NCBI GenBank assembly: GCA_032161845.1
Contig: JAVRQA010000526.1
From: Mycobacterium sp.
GTDB taxonomy: Bacteria > Actinomycetota > Actinomycetes > Mycobacteriales > Mycobacteriaceae
Strand: one strand, 5' to 3'
Length of the DNA stretch: 57,655 nucleotides
The notes beneath the pieces were generated by a model, which was not told the origin of the DNA, did no database searches, and worked only from the letters and a program-made list of their open reading frames with translations. Each line of letters begins with the position of its first letter. The stretch's first letter is position 1. A program made the position numbers and the translations under genes. Shown here piece after piece: positions 28,839-40,350 of this stretch.

Positions 28839-30179
28839 CTAGAGATCCTTGAGGACCAGGGCGAGAACGTCGAGGCCCTCTTCGAGGAGTTCGTCGCTGA
28901 TGGTCAGCGGGGGGAGGAACCGGAGCACGTTGCCAAAGGTGCCGCAGGACAACACGATTACGCCCGCGGCGTGTGCGCCCGCGCACAGCGCCTTCGTCAG
29001 GTCGGCATCGGGTTCGGTGGTGCCGGACTTGACCAACTCGACCGCGATCATGGCACCGCGGCCGCGGACGTCGCCAATGCGGTCGTCGTCGGCCTGAAGT
29101 CGGCCAAGCCGCTCCTTCATGAACGACTCGATCTCGCGAGCGCGGGCCACCATGCCGTCGGCCTCGATGGTTTCGATGGTCGCCAGAGCCGCCGCGCACG
29201 CGATCGGGTTTCCGCCGTAGGTTCCGCCCAGCCCGCCGACGTGGGGCGCGTCCATGATCTCGGCGCGGCCCGTCACTCCGGCCAATGGCAACCCGTCGGC
29301 GATGCCCTTGGCGGTGACGATGAGGTCGGGATCGATGCCGTCGTGCTCACACGCGAACATCGCACCCGTGCGGGCGAACCCGGACTGCACTTCGTCGGCG
29401 ATGAAGACCACGCCGTTCTTGCGGCACCAATCGAGCAGAGTCGGAAGGAAGCCCTCGGCGGGAACGATGAACCCGCCCTCACCCTGGACCGGTTCGATGA
29501 TCACGGCGGCCAGGTTGTCGGCGCCCACCTGCTTGTCGATCACGCTCAGCGCCCGCTTGGCGGCCAGCTCACCGTCGGTGGCGAGTTCCTTTCCGAATTC
29601 CGCGTCGCGGAACGGATAGGACATCGGTGCGCGGTAGACCTCGGGCGCGAACGGTCCGAAACCGTGCTTGTAGGGCATCGACTTGGCGGTCAGGGCCATC
29701 GTGAGGTTGGTGCGACCGTGGTACGCGTGGTCGAACGCGACGACCGCCTGCTTGCGGGTGAAGGTGCGGGCAATCTTGATGGCGTTCTCGACGGCCTCGG
29801 ACCCCGAGTTGAACAGGGCCGACCGGGTCTCACCCTTGATCGGAGTGAGGCGGTTCAGGTGCTCGCAGACCGCGACGTAGCCCTCATACGGGGTCACCAT
29901 GAAGCAGGTATGGGTGAACTCGGCCACCTGCGCCGAGACCGCCTCGACGACACGGGGCGAGGCGTTGCCGATCGTGGTGACCGCGATGCCGGAGCCTAGG
30001 TCGATGAGTCGGTTGCCGTCGACGTCCTCGACGATGCCGCCGCCTGCGCGCGCCGCGTAGACCTGCATGGTGTTGCCGACGCCGCGTGCGACTGCGCCTG
30101 TCTTGCGGGCGATCAGCGCCGAGGACTTGGGGCCGGGGATCGCGGTGGCGAGATGGCGGCTTTGTTCGATGGTGCTCAC
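28839..30179 (-). CDS. gabT: 4-aminobutyrate aminotransferase
   Basis: DVDGN.LIDL.SGI, NSGSEAVENA, YHGRT, EPVQGEGG, FIADEVQSGFARTG, TAKG PLP-lysine; divergent from yajC. Confidence 0.93.
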   Translation of the reverse strand: MSTIEQSRHLATAIPGPKSSALIARKTGAVARGVGNTMQVYAARAGGGIVEDVDGNRLIDLGSGIAVTTIGNASPRVVEAVSAQVAEFTHTCFMVTPYEGYVAVCEHLNRLTPIKGETRSALFNSGSEAVENAIKIARTFTRKQAVVAFDHAYHGRTNLTMALTAKSMPYKHGFGPFAPEVYRAPMSYPFRDAEFGKELATDGELAAKRALSVIDKQVGADNLAAVIIEPVQGEGGFIVPAEGFLPTLLDWCRKNGVVFIADEVQSGFARTGAMFACEHDGIDPDLIVTAKGIADGLPLAGVTGRAEIMDAPHVGGLGGTYGGNPIACAAALATIETIEADGMVARAREIESFMKERLGRLQADDDRIGDVRGRGAMIAVELVKSGTTEPDADLTKALCAGAHAAGVIVLSCGTFGNVLRFLPPLTISDELLEEGLDVLALVLKDL

Positions 30180-30561
30180 GTCGTGACTCCTGCGAAGGGT
30201 TGGCCGTGGAAGAGGAGAGGAAGCGGGGAAGAGGGCGCCGGAACGTCCCGTCAGAGCCTAGTCGCCGCGGCAGGCGAGGCGAACGGAAACGTCGGCTTGA
30301 GGCGGCAAGACGGCGGATTACGAACCTGCGCAGCCAGATCCCCTACGCTTTCGGTCGCGGTCGTCGTTGCGGGCCGGGGCGACGCCCACGGGCCCGTGGC
30401 CTACCAAGCGATTAGTGATGCTAACGGCCTTGACTTCGAGGTGGGGCCGGTCGGCGATCAGCCGCAGTGATGGCACACTGGTCCGGAGACGAGACCCCCG
30501 AGCGACCGCATCCGGCCCGGGGCGTCATCACCGAAATAACGATACGAAAGTCAGAGTTGCC

Positions 30562-30942
30562 ATGGATCTCGCCATCTTCGTACCCCTGCTCGTGATCATG
30601 GGCGCGTTCATGTTCTTCGCGTCTCGGCGTCAGAAGAAGGCCATGCAGGCGACGATCAATCTGCACGACTCACTGGCCGTCGGCGACGAGATCATGACGA
30701 CCGCGGGCCTCTTCGGCACCATCACCGACGTCGCTGACTCGAAGGTCGACGTCGAGCTGGCACCTGGCGTCGTCGTCACCATGCTCAAGGTGGCCGTCAA
30801 GGAAGTCGTGTCCGACGATGAGGACCTCGACGACGACGAATACGAGGACGACGCCGACGAGGCTTCGACGGCGCAGGAACTCGACTCTCCGAGCACCGGG
30901 ACCGAGGTCAAGGCCGACCCGGACCGGCTCACCAAAGACTGA
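30562..30942 (+). CDS. yajC: Preprotein translocase subunit YajC
   Basis: Single N-terminal TM, RRQKK, L.VGDEIMTTAGLFGTI, acidic tail; precedes secD. Confidence 0.92.
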   Translation: MDLAIFVPLLVIMGAFMFFASRRQKKAMQATINLHDSLAVGDEIMTTAGLFGTITDVADSKVDVELAPGVVVTMLKVAVKEVVSDDEDLDDDEYEDDADEASTAQELDSPSTGTEVKADPDRLTKD

Positions 30943-31011
30943 CGGCGGGGCACACAGCGCAACCCCGTACTCTTTGCGGGTTGACGTACCGATCTGAGGA
31001 GAACCAAGAAC

Positions 31012-32796
31012 GTGGCATCGCCTTCGGCGCCGGTGCATCCCTACCGCTACCTGACGCTTTTTCTGGTTCTACTCATCGGCGCCTACCTGCTGGTGTTCTT
31101 GACCGGAGACAAGCAAGCCAAGCCCAAGCTGGGCATCGACTTGCAGGGTGGCACCCGGGTCACCCTCACCGCCCGCACCCCGGACGGCTCACCTCCCACC
31201 CGTGAATCCCTGGCTCAGGCGCAGGAGATCATCAGCTCCCGAGTCGACGGGCTCGGCGTCTCGGGCTCGGAGGTCGTGGTCGACGGCGACAACCTCGTCA
31301 TCACGGTGCCCGGCAATGACGGCAACGAGGCGCGCAACCTCGGACAGACGGCACGGCTCTACATCCGGCCCGTGATTCACTCCATCCCGGCAGGTGCCCC
31401 GCAGCCTCCTCCGGGGCAGGGGCCCGCCGGCGCGCCACCCGGAGTTCCCGGCGCCCCTGGCGGAATGCCAGGCGTACCCGGAGTGCCCGGATCACCTGGT
31501 GCGCCCCCCGGGATGCCGCTGCCTCCTGCGCCGCCCGCTGCCGGGAGTCCAGCTCCCGAAGCGCCTGCTCCGCAGCCGCGGCCCTATCCCGAGGAGCCGG
31601 CACCGACCCCGACGCCCGCGCCGACCCCAGCGCCCGCGCCTGGTCCCGCACCGGCCCCCGCCCCCGGTCCGCCCAACCCGCGGGCCGATCTGGCGCAGCG
31701 CATCTCCGACGAGAAGGCGCTCCGCCAGAGTGCCGATCAGCAGATCCAGATCTTGGCCTTGCAGTTCCAGGCCACCCGCTGCAACGACGAGGACGTGCTG
31801 GCGGGCAACGACGATCCGAACCTGCCACTGGTCACCTGTTCGCAGGACCACAAGCAGGTGTATCTGCTCGACAAGTCGATCATCAGCGGTGAGCAGATCG
31901 AAAGTGCGTCTTCGGGTCTCGATCAGCAGCGCGGCGAGTACGTCGTCGACCTGCAGTTCAAGAGCGAGGGCGCCGACATCTGGGCGAACTTCACCGCCGC
32001 CAACGTGGGCACGCAGACGGCCTTCACCCTCGACTCGCAGGTGGTGAGTGCCCCCCAGATCAACGAGGCGATTCCCGGCGGCCGCACGCAGGTCACCGGT
32101 CAGTTCACCCAGGACTCGGCCCGTGAACTCGCCAACGTGCTGAAGTACGGCTCGCTGCCTTTGTCGTTCGAATCCTCGGAAGCTGAAACGGTTTCTGCCA
32201 CACTGGGTTTGACGTCGCTTAGGGCAGGCCTGATCGCGGGCGGGATCGGTTTGGCGCTGGTTCTGGTGTACTCGCTGCTCTACTATCGCGTGCTCGGCCT
32301 CCTGACGGCGCTGTCGCTGGTGGCCTCGGGTGCGATGGTCTTCGCGATCCTGGTGCTGCTCGGCAGATACATCGGTTACACCCTCGACCTGGCGGGCATC
32401 GCCGGTCTGATCATCGGCATCGGCACCACCGCAGACTCGTTCGTGGTGTTCTTCGAGCGCATCAAGGACGAGATCCGGGAGGGACGGTCCTTCCGGTCCG
32501 CGGTGCCGCGAGGTTGGGCACGGGCGCGCAAGACGATCCTGTCAGGCAACGCGGTGAGCTTCCTATCCGCCGCGGTGCTGTACGTCCTGGCCATCGGGCA
32601 GGTGAAGGGCTTCGCGTTCACCTTGGGCTTGACCACCATCCTCGACGTGGTCGTGGTGTTCCTGGTGACGTGGCCGCTGGTGTACCTGTCGTCCAAGTCG
32701 ACGATGTTGTCCAAGCCGGCATTCAACGGTCTCGGTGCGGTGCAGCAGATTGCGCGCGAACGCCGGGCCGCCGCCACATCAGCGGGAGGGAGTTAG
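31012..32796 (+). CDS. secD: Protein translocase subunit SecD
   Basis: [44 protein letters not shown]. Confidence 0.96.
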   Translation: MASPSAPVHPYRYLTLFLVLLIGAYLLVFLTGDKQAKPKLGIDLQGGTRVTLTARTPDGSPPTRESLAQAQEIISSRVDGLGVSGSEVVVDGDNLVITVPGNDGNEARNLGQTARLYIRPVIHSIPAGAPQPPPGQGPAGAPPGVPGAPGGMPGVPGVPGSPGAPPGMPLPPAPPAAGSPAPEAPAPQPRPYPEEPAPTPTPAPTPAPAPGPAPAPAPGPPNPRADLAQRISDEKALRQSADQQIQILALQFQATRCNDEDVLAGNDDPNLPLVTCSQDHKQVYLLDKSIISGEQIESASSGLDQQRGEYVVDLQFKSEGADIWANFTAANVGTQTAFTLDSQVVSAPQINEAIPGGRTQVTGQFTQDSARELANVLKYGSLPLSFESSEAETVSATLGLTSLRAGLIAGGIGLALVLVYSLLYYRVLGLLTALSLVASGAMVFAILVLLGRYIGYTLDLAGIAGLIIGIGTTADSFVVFFERIKDEIREGRSFRSAVPRGWARARKTILSGNAVSFLSAAVLYVLAIGQVKGFAFTLGLTTILDVVVVFLVTWPLVYLSSKSTMLSKPAFNGLGAVQQIARERRAAATSAGGS

Positions 32797-32800
32797 CGAC

Positions 32801-34078
32801 ATGGCCAAGCACCAGTCCAATGACGACGTCGATGACGTGTCGGACGAGGCTCAGGCACTCGAGCTCGACGATGCGTCGGCTGCCGAGGAACTGGGTACCG
32901 CCGTCTCCGCGGCGCCCCGGCACGGCTTCTTCGTCCGCCTTTACACGGGCACCGGCGCGTTCGACGTCGTCGGCAAGCGCAAGCTGTGGTTCGGCATCAG
33001 CGCCGCGATCTTCGCGATCGCGCTCATCAGCATCATCCTGCGCGGCTTCACCTTCGGCATCGACTTCGAGGGTGGCACCAAGGTGTCGCTGCCGGCCGCC
33101 GGAGCCCAGGGTCAGGTAACGACGCAGCAGGCGGAGGACGTCTTCAGCAAGACCCTCGGGAAGGCGCCGGAATCCGTCGTGCAGGTCGGCAACGGCGGTT
33201 CGGCGACGATCCAGATCCGTGCCGAGACGCTGAGCGAACCCGACATCGAGAAGCTCCGGACGGGTTTGTTCGACGCCTTCCAGCCCAAGGGGTCCGACGG
33301 TCAGCCGGCCAAGGCCGCGATCAGCGACTCGAAGGTGTCGGAGACGTGGGGCGGCCAGATCACCCAGAAGGCGCTCATCGCGCTGGCGGTGTTCCTGGTG
33401 CTCGTCGCCGCGTACATCGCGGTGCGGTATGAGCGGTACATGGCGGTCGCCGCCCTGGCTGCGCTGGTGTTCGACCTCGTCACCACCGCTGGGGTGTACT
33501 CACTCGTCGGGTTCGAGGTCACGCCTGCCACGGTGATCGGTCTGTTGACGATTCTGGGCTTCTCGCTGTACGACACGGTCATCGTGTTCGACAAGGTCGA
33601 GGAGAACGTCCACGGGTTCGAGCACACCACCCGAAGGACGTTCGCCGAACAGGCCAACCTGGCGATCAACCAGACCTTCATGCGATCCATCAACACCAGC
33701 CTGATCTCGGTGCTGCCGATCCTCGCGTTGATCGTGGTCGCCGTCTGGCTGCTCGGTGTCGGCACACTGCAGGATCTCGCCATCGTGCAACTCGTCGGCG
33801 TCATCGTCGGTACGTACTCGTCGATCTTCTTCGCCACGCCACTGCTGGTGGCCATGCGGGAGCGCACCGAGCTGGTGCGGACCCACACCCGTCGCGTCAA
33901 CAACCGGCGCAAGGGTTCGTCGGCGAAGGCCTCGAGCTCTACGACGGACTCGGCGACCGCTGCCGAACCAGAGAAGGTATCGGTCGCGGCCACTCCGGCT
34001 CCGGACAAGCCGATAGTGGGTGCGAAGCCGAGCCGTCCCACCGGTAGGCCGTCGGGTAAGCGGAACACCAGGCGGTAA
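32801..34078 (+). CDS. secF: Protein translocase subunit SecF
   Basis: GIDFEGG, GFSLYDTVIVFDKVEE, MRSINTS, GTYSSIFFATP; SD GGAGGGAG. Confidence 0.96.
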   Translation: MAKHQSNDDVDDVSDEAQALELDDASAAEELGTAVSAAPRHGFFVRLYTGTGAFDVVGKRKLWFGISAAIFAIALISIILRGFTFGIDFEGGTKVSLPAAGAQGQVTTQQAEDVFSKTLGKAPESVVQVGNGGSATIQIRAETLSEPDIEKLRTGLFDAFQPKGSDGQPAKAAISDSKVSETWGGQITQKALIALAVFLVLVAAYIAVRYERYMAVAALAALVFDLVTTAGVYSLVGFEVTPATVIGLLTILGFSLYDTVIVFDKVEENVHGFEHTTRRTFAEQANLAINQTFMRSINTSLISVLPILALIVVAVWLLGVGTLQDLAIVQLVGVIVGTYSSIFFATPLLVAMRERTELVRTHTRRVNNRRKGSSAKASSSTTDSATAAEPEKVSVAATPAPDKPIVGAKPSRPTGRPSGKRNTRR

Positions 34079-34084
34079 GCCTCG

Positions 34085-35740
34085 ATGATTGCCCGCCCCC
34101 GCGGGGCCGCAATCCTGGCGGCAGTGGCTTCCCTGGTCGGCATTCTCGGTGTGTCCGCGTGCGCGGACGGACCCGCCGGCGAGATCAACTACGCCGTCGA
34201 CGGGACGTTGGTCACCTACAACACCACGACCGTGGTCGGCGCCTCGTCGGCAGGTCCGCAGGCGTTCGCACGCGTGTTGACGGGCTTCAACTACCACGGC
34301 CCGGAAGGGCAGATCGTCGGAGACCGCGACTTCGGCACCATCTCCGTGGTCGGTCGCGCGCCGCTGGTGTTGGACTACGTCATCAGCGACGACGCCGTGT
34401 ATTCGGATGGGAAACCGGTCACCTGTGACGACATGGTGCTGGCGTGGGCGGCGCAGTCCGGTCGATTCCCGGGGTTCGATGCCGCGAGCCGGGCTGGCTA
34501 CGGTGACGTGGCAGGCGTCGACTGTGCACCGGGGCAGAAGAAGGCCAGGGTGTCGTTCGCCCAGGATCGTGGGTTCGTCGACTTCGGCCAGTTGTTCGCC
34601 GCGACGACGATGATGCCGTCGCACGTCATTGCCGACGAACTCGGCGCGGGGGATGGCGCGGTCACCGCGGCCCTTCAGGCCGGTGATCTGCCCACGATCG
34701 GGCGCATCGCGCAACTGTGGAACACCACCTGGAACCTCACCCCCGATCTGGATCTGAAGCGCTTCCCGTCGTCGGGGCCGTACAAGCTGAGCTCGGTGAG
34801 TAACGACGGCGCCGTCGTGCTGGTGGCCAATGACAAGTGGTGGGGAACCAAGCCCGTCACCGAAAGGATCACCGTGTGGCCGCGTGGCGCCGACGTGCAG
34901 GAGCGCCTGAATGCGGGTGACTACGACGTCGTCGACATCGCCGCAGGCTCGTCGGGATCGCTGACCCACTCCGACGACTACGTGCGGTCCGACAGCCCGT
35001 CGGCAGGCATCGAGCAACTCATCTTCGCGCCGAGCGGGCCGCTGCTGGATCCGGCGGCGCGACGTGCGGTGGCGCTGTGCACGCCGCGGGATCAGATCGC
35101 GCAGAACGCGGAGGTGCCGATCGCGAACAGTCGGCTGAACCCGACCGCGGAGGATTCGATCACCGCCGCCGAGAGTGCGGCAGAACGTGGCCAGTACGGC
35201 ACATCCAACCCGGCGGCCGCGCGGGACGCCATCGGTGGTGCGCCCTTGGTCGTCCGCATCGGTTATCAGAGCCCCAACGCGCGGCTGGCCGCCACCGTCG
35301 GCGCCATCGCCAGGGCGTGTGCGCCTGCGGGCATCACCGTTCAGGACGCGGCGGCGGATACGGTCGGCCCACAAGCCTTGCGCGACAATCAGATCGACGT
35401 ACTCCTCGCAAGCACGGGCGGTGCGGCAGGCAGTGGGTCGACGGGATCGTCGGCGATGGACGCCTACGATCTGTACAGCGGCAACGGCAACAACCTGTCC
35501 GGCTATGCCAACGAGCAGGTCGACGGTGTCATCGGCGCGCTGGCCGTCACGTCGGATCCGAAGGAGCTCGCCCGTCTGTTGGGTCAGGGTGCACCCGTAC
35601 TGTGGGGCGACATGCCCACCCTTCCGCTCTACCGTCAGCAGCGAACTCTGCTCGTATCGACGAAGATGACGGCCGTCAACGGCAATCCGACGCGATGGGG
35701 TGCAGGGTGGAACATGGACCGTTGGACGCTGGCCCGATGA
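34085..35740 (+). CDS. ABC-type (family 5) substrate-binding lipoprotein, Rv2585c-like
   Basis: Signal peptide with VSAC lipobox, [16 protein letters not shown]; conserved position between secF and apt. Confidence 0.88.
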   Translation: MIARPRGAAILAAVASLVGILGVSACADGPAGEINYAVDGTLVTYNTTTVVGASSAGPQAFARVLTGFNYHGPEGQIVGDRDFGTISVVGRAPLVLDYVISDDAVYSDGKPVTCDDMVLAWAAQSGRFPGFDAASRAGYGDVAGVDCAPGQKKARVSFAQDRGFVDFGQLFAATTMMPSHVIADELGAGDGAVTAALQAGDLPTIGRIAQLWNTTWNLTPDLDLKRFPSSGPYKLSSVSNDGAVVLVANDKWWGTKPVTERITVWPRGADVQERLNAGDYDVVDIAAGSSGSLTHSDDYVRSDSPSAGIEQLIFAPSGPLLDPAARRAVALCTPRDQIAQNAEVPIANSRLNPTAEDSITAAESAAERGQYGTSNPAAARDAIGGAPLVVRIGYQSPNARLAATVGAIARACAPAGITVQDAAADTVGPQALRDNQIDVLLASTGGAAGSGSTGSSAMDAYDLYSGNGNNLSGYANEQVDGVIGALAVTSDPKELARLLGQGAPVLWGDMPTLPLYRQQRTLLVSTKMTAVNGNPTRWGAGWNMDRWTLAR

Positions 35741-36279
35741 GCGACCCGGGTCAGATCACCGACGTGGCTGCGGTGATCGAATCGTTGATGCGCGAGGTGC
35801 CGGACTTCCCGGAACCCGGCATCCAGTTCAAGGACCTCACTCCGGTGCTCGCCGACGCGCGGGGTCTCGCGGTCGTGACCGACGCGCTCGCCGCGGTCGC
35901 CGATGACGTGGACCTGGTGGCCGGTATCGATGCCCGCGGCTTTCTGCTGGGAGCGGCCGTCGCGACCCGGCTCGGCACGGGTGTGCTCGCGGTGCGCAAG
36001 GGAGGCAAACTGCCGCCCCCGGTGCACAGCGAGACCTACGACCTGGAATACGGCGCTGCGACGCTGGAGATTCCGGCCGACGGGATGGAACTGGCGGGCT
36101 TGCGCGTTCTGCTGATCGACGACGTTCTGGCCACCGGAGGCACGTTGGCCGCGGCCGCCAAGCTGCTGCGGACGGCCGGCGCGACGATCACGGGCACCGC
36201 GGTCGTGCTGGAACTGGCCGCTCTCGGCGGCCGGGCAAAGCTGCCAGACCTTGCGGTCACCAGCCTGTACGTGACCTAG
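35737..36279 (+). CDS. apt: Adenine phosphoribosyltransferase
   Basis: [38 protein letters not shown]. Confidence 0.96.
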   Translation: MSDPGQITDVAAVIESLMREVPDFPEPGIQFKDLTPVLADARGLAVVTDALAAVADDVDLVAGIDARGFLLGAAVATRLGTGVLAVRKGGKLPPPVHSETYDLEYGAATLEIPADGMELAGLRVLLIDDVLATGGTLAAAAKLLRTAGATITGTAVVLELAALGGRAKLPDLAVTSLYVT

Positions 36280-36326
36280 CAGGGATATCCTCGACGAGTA
36301 CCGGCGTGGGGCAGGAGGTGAGCACC

Positions 36327-38672
36327 GTGGCGGACGATCATGCGTTGACCCAAACGCAGCCGATGCCCATCATCGCGCCCGACGCGGTCGCACCCGAGAA
36401 CAACAAGACGTCGTCGAGCGCGTCGCGACGGGTGCGAGCCCGACTTGCCCGGCGGATGACGTCGCAGCGCAGTGCGGTGAACCCGGTCCTCGAACCGCTG
36501 GTGGCAGTGCACAGGGAGGTCTACCCGAAGGCCGACCTGGCGCTCCTGCAGCGCGCCTACGAGGTGGCCGAGCTGCGGCACGCCGACCAGTTGCGTCGGT
36601 CGGGCGATCCCTACATCACCCATCCGCTGGCGGTGGCCAACATCCTCGCCGAACTCGGCATGGACACCACGACGCTCGTCGCCGCGCTGTTGCACGACAC
36701 GGTGGAGGACACCGGCTACACCTTGGAAGCGCTGACCTCCGATTTCGGCGTCGAGGTCGGCCACCTGGTGGACGGGGTCACCAAGCTCGACAAGGTGGTC
36801 CTCGGCAGCGCCGCCGAGGGCGAGACCATCCGCAAGATGATCATCGCGATGGCGCGCGATCCCCGGGTGCTGGTCATCAAGGTGGCCGACCGGCTGCACA
36901 ACATGCGCACCATGCGCTTCCTGCCCCCCGAGAAGCAGGCGCGCAAGGCCCGCGAAACGCTGGAAGTCATTGCTCCACTTGCCCACCGGCTGGGCATGGC
37001 GACCGTCAAGTGGGAGCTCGAGGACCTGTCGTTTGCGATCCTGCATCCGAAGAAGTACGAGGAGATCGTGCGGCTGGTGGCCGACCGCGCACCGTCGCGG
37101 GATACCTACCTGGCCAAGGTGCGCGCCGAGATTGCCAACACCGTCACCACCTCGAAGATCAATGCGACCGTCGAGGGTAGGCCGAAGCACTACTGGTCGA
37201 TCTATCAGAAGATGATCGTCAAGGGCCGTGACTTCGACGAGATCCACGACCTCGTCGGCGTCCGGATCCTGTGCGACGAGATCCGGGACTGTTACGCGGC
37301 CGTCGGTGCGGTGCACTCGCTGTGGCAGCCGATGGCGGGCCGGTTCAAGGACTACATCGCCCAGCCGAGATACGGTGTGTACCAGTCGCTGCACACGACC
37401 GTCGTCGGCCCAGAGGGTAAGCCGCTGGAAGTGCAGATCCGCACTCGCGACATGCACCGGACCGCCGAGTACGGCATCGCGGCGCACTGGCGTTACAAGG
37501 AAGCCAAGGGACGCAACGGAATTCCGGCCAACAATGCCGCCGCCGAGATCGACGACATGGCGTGGATGCGTCAGCTCCTCGACTGGCAGCGGGAAGCTGC
37601 GGACCCCGGCGAATTCCTCGAATCGTTGCGGTACGACCTTGCGGTGCAGGAGATCTTCGTCTTCACACCCAAGGGCGACGTCGTCACGCTGCCGACCGGT
37701 TCGACCCCGGTGGACTTCGCGTACGCGGTGCACACCGAGGTCGGCCATCGCTGCATCGGTGCCCGCGTCAACGGACGTCTGGTGGCGCTGGAACGCAAGC
37801 TCGAGAACGGCGAAGTGGTCGAGGTCTTCACGTCCAAGGCGATGAACGCGGGCCCGTCTCGGGATTGGCAGACGTTCGTCGTGTCGCCGCGGGCCAAGGC
37901 CAAGATTCGGCAGTGGTTCGCCAAGGAACGGCGTGAAGAAGCGCTCGAATCGGGCAAGGACTCGATCGCCCGCGAGGTTCGTCGCGGTGGTCTTCCGTTG
38001 CAGCGCTTGATGAACGGCGAGTCGATGGCCGCGCTGGCCCGCGAGCTGCGCTACGTCGACGTGTCGTCGCTCTACACCGCCGTCGGCGAGGGCCACGTCT
38101 CGGCACGTCACGTCGTGCAGCGGCTGCTCGCCCAACTCGGTGGCGACGACGAGGCCGAGGACGAGATCGCCGAGCGGTCGACACCCGCGACCATGCCGGT
38201 GCGCCAGCGCACCAGCGACGACGTCGGCGTGGCCGTCCCCGGCGCGCCCGGCGTGCTGTCCAAGCTGGCGAAGTGCTGTACTCCGGTGCCAGGCGACAAC
38301 ATCATGGGTTTCGTCACGCGCGGCGGCGGCGTCAGCGTGCATCGCACCGACTGCACCAATGCGACGTCGTTGCAACAACAATCGGAACGCATCATCGACG
38401 TCAAGTGGGCACCGTCCCCGTCGTCGGTGTTCCTGGTCGCGATTCAGGTGGAGGCACTCGACCGCCACCGACTGCTGTCCGACGTGACACGGGTGCTCGC
38501 CGACGAGAAGGTCAACATCCTCTCGGCGTCGGTCGCGACCTCGAACGACCGGGTGGCGATCAGCCGCTTCACCTTCGAGATGGGCGACCCCAAGCACCTC
38601 GGCCACGTGCTCAATGTGGTGCGCAACGTCGAGGGCGTCTACGACGTCTATCGGGTGACGTCCGCAGCCTGA
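36327..38672 (+). CDS. relA: Bifunctional (p)ppGpp synthetase/hydrolase Rel
   Basis: HD motif [33 protein letters not shown] domain, [13 protein letters not shown] domain; SD GGAGG before GTG 36327. Confidence 0.98.
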   Translation: MADDHALTQTQPMPIIAPDAVAPENNKTSSSASRRVRARLARRMTSQRSAVNPVLEPLVAVHREVYPKADLALLQRAYEVAELRHADQLRRSGDPYITHPLAVANILAELGMDTTTLVAALLHDTVEDTGYTLEALTSDFGVEVGHLVDGVTKLDKVVLGSAAEGETIRKMIIAMARDPRVLVIKVADRLHNMRTMRFLPPEKQARKARETLEVIAPLAHRLGMATVKWELEDLSFAILHPKKYEEIVRLVADRAPSRDTYLAKVRAEIANTVTTSKINATVEGRPKHYWSIYQKMIVKGRDFDEIHDLVGVRILCDEIRDCYAAVGAVHSLWQPMAGRFKDYIAQPRYGVYQSLHTTVVGPEGKPLEVQIRTRDMHRTAEYGIAAHWRYKEAKGRNGIPANNAAAEIDDMAWMRQLLDWQREAADPGEFLESLRYDLAVQEIFVFTPKGDVVTLPTGSTPVDFAYAVHTEVGHRCIGARVNGRLVALERKLENGEVVEVFTSKAMNAGPSRDWQTFVVSPRAKAKIRQWFAKERREEALESGKDSIAREVRRGGLPLQRLMNGESMAALARELRYVDVSSLYTAVGEGHVSARHVVQRLLAQLGGDDEAEDEIAERSTPATMPVRQRTSDDVGVAVPGAPGVLSKLAKCCTPVPGDNIMGFVTRGGGVSVHRTDCTNATSLQQQSERIIDVKWAPSPSSVFLVAIQVEALDRHRLLSDVTRVLADEKVNILSASVATSNDRVAISRFTFEMGDPKHLGHVLNVVRNVEGVYDVYRVTSAA

Positions 38673-39880
38673 CTTCCCTCTCCGCGATTCCGTGTGGTGA
38701 TCGCCCCGACGGCCGCCGCGATCAGGCACGCGAGCGCCACCGCATAGGCGAACCAGGGGAACACCTCATCCAGCGGCCAGCGGGTGGCCGCCCAGCCCGC
38801 CACGATGGTCGGCACCGCCATGGCCGTGTAGGCGATCAAGTAGAAGGCCGACATCGTCTCGCCCCGTCGGTTGGACGGAACGACGTGCGAAAGGTGTCGC
38901 AGCGAGCCGCCGAAGCCGAGACCGAACGCCGCGCCGAGCACTGCCGCCGCAGAGAGTACCAAAGGCCAACTGTGCGTTGCCAATACCGGCACGGTGAGGA
39001 CGAGCGCGATCGCCATCCCGACGTCGCCGACGATCGCGGACCGGCGGGCGGGAACCCTGGTCGAGAGCAGCTGGGCGATTGCCGCCGAGAACGCCGTCGT
39101 CCCAACGACGGCGCCGCCGAATACCAGGTTGTGGACGTGCGTCTGTTGGGCCGCCAGCGACGGGTAGAGCGAGAGCAGCACGCCAAGCACCGACCACGAC
39201 GCCGTCACGCCGAGTGCCGCGAACCAGAAGTCGCCACGGATCTCGGCGGGTACGGCTGGCCTGGCGATCCGGATGGGCCCGGAGGTCCGCGACTGGTGCG
39301 GTTCCCGAAGGGCGAGGACGCCGACGCCGAGGATGGCGCAGATCACCGCGACGATCGCGTAGGGCGTGCGCATCGGATGCGGCGCGTACTGCGCCAGCAG
39401 CGCAGAGCCGACGATCGCGACCGTCATCCCGATGTTGAAGCTCACCCCGCTGAGCTGACCGGAGCGGACTCCGTGGTTGGGGCGTAGATCCAGCAGCGCC
39501 GCCGCGCCCGCCACCACGATCGAGCCGACGGCGGCACCGTGGATGATCCTCGCGAGCATCAACATCGCCATGTTGTCGGCGATCAGGAACACGCCGAGCC
39601 CGACGATCATCGCGACCAGGGCACCGAGCAGCACTGGTTTGCGTCCGACGACGTCGGAGACCTTGCCCGAGACCAGGACCGCGCCGAGCGCGGCGACGGC
39701 GTAGACGGCGAAGACCAGCGTGGTGGCCAGCGGTGAGAGGTGCCACTGCTCCTCGTACATGCCGTAAAGCGGTGCGGGGAGACCGGATACGCCCAAGGCC
39801 ACGCCGCTCAGGACCAGCAGCAGGGAGTAGGCACCGCGCTGCGCCTCGTCGGCGCGCGGTTCTGCTGCGACCACTGCCAC
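38648..39880 (-). CDS. MFS transporter (12 TM)
   Basis: PAPLY, motif [12 protein letters not shown], about 12 hydrophobic segments. Confidence 0.88.
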   Translation of the reverse strand: MAVVAAEPRADEAQRGAYSLLLVLSGVALGVSGLPAPLYGMYEEQWHLSPLATTLVFAVYAVAALGAVLVSGKVSDVVGRKPVLLGALVAMIVGLGVFLIADNMAMLMLARIIHGAAVGSIVVAGAAALLDLRPNHGVRSGQLSGVSFNIGMTVAIVGSALLAQYAPHPMRTPYAIVAVICAILGVGVLALREPHQSRTSGPIRIARPAVPAEIRGDFWFAALGVTASWSVLGVLLSLYPSLAAQQTHVHNLVFGGAVVGTTAFSAAIAQLLSTRVPARRSAIVGDVGMAIALVLTVPVLATHSWPLVLSAAAVLGAAFGLGFGGSLRHLSHVVPSNRRGETMSAFYLIAYTAMAVPTIVAGWAATRWPLDEVFPWFAYAVALACLIAAAVGAITTRNRGEGSQAADVTR

Positions 39881-39900
39881 GAACCCCCCTAGCCGACTGA

Positions 39901-39918
39901 GTTAGACCGACATCGAAC
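39901..39918. promoter_or_regulatory. Candidate ArsR-type operator 1 (GTTAGACCGACATCGAAC)
   Basis: Imperfect GTTCGA-N6-TCGAAC palindrome in the MFS/ArsR divergent gap. Confidence 0.55.
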
Positions 39919-39937
39919 CCGTTCGAGGGTACGCTCG

Positions 39938-39955
39938 GTTCGATGAACATCAAAC
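39938..39955. promoter_or_regulatory. Candidate ArsR-type operator 2 (GTTCGATGAACATCAAAC)
   Basis: 8-bp arms with one mismatch, covering the ArsR ATG and just after TACGCT -10 (39930-39935). Confidence 0.6.
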
Positions 39956-40350
39956 CGCCGGTGACGGAGGACACGACCGTGACGCCGTCGCCGGTTGGCG
40001 AGCAGGGACCCGACCCAGCCTTTCCGACCAACCCCGTCGCAGGCGTGCAGCAGTTGCTGGTTGCGCTGGCCGACCCGGTCCGCCTCGAGATGATCCGCCG
40101 CCTGATGAACACCCGAGCGCCGATGCCGTGCGCCCTGCTCTACGACGGCATCAACAAGTCGACGGCGGCCCACCACTTCAAGGTCCTGCGCGAAGTGGGC
40201 CTCACGGAGCGGCTGGTCATCGACGGACACACCCACCAGCGCCTACGGGTCGACGAGGTCGACGCGGCCGTGCCTGGCCTCATGGGTGCGATCGTCGGCG
40301 CGGCCAACCGCGCATCCATTCCTAGTCGAGGCGGACCGACTCGATCGTGA
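39943..40350 (+). CDS. ArsR/SmtB family regulator
   Basis: ALADPVRLEMIRRL, KSTAAHHFKVLREVGL; start either leaderless ATG 39943 or GTG 39979 after GGAGG. Confidence 0.88.
   Translation: MNIKPPVTEDTTVTPSPVGEQGPDPAFPTNPVAGVQQLLVALADPVRLEMIRRLMNTRAPMPCALLYDGINKSTAAHHFKVLREVGLTERLVIDGHTHQRLRVDEVDAAVPGLMGAIVGAANRASIPSRGGPTRS

Noticed and set aside
31420-31680. Short repeated GC-rich units suggesting a repeat array or CRISPR
   Set aside because: In-frame codons for the Pro/Gly/Ala-rich SecD loop; no constant repeat-spacer pattern and no cas genes
36276-38729. 817-aa minus-strand ORF opposite rel, and similar long antisense ORFs (4067-5359, 12905-14068, 16984-18405, 33500-35374)
   Set aside because: Shadow ORFs expected from GC-rich codon usage; no recognisable motifs and they mirror well-supported genes
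39913-39926. TCGAAC-CC-GTTCGA looks like an SOS box and also fits the KstR pattern TnnAACnnGTTnnA
   Set aside because: Spacer is 2 nt, not the 4 nt LexA requires; flanking genes are not sterol or repair genes; better explained as part of the local ArsR-type operator array
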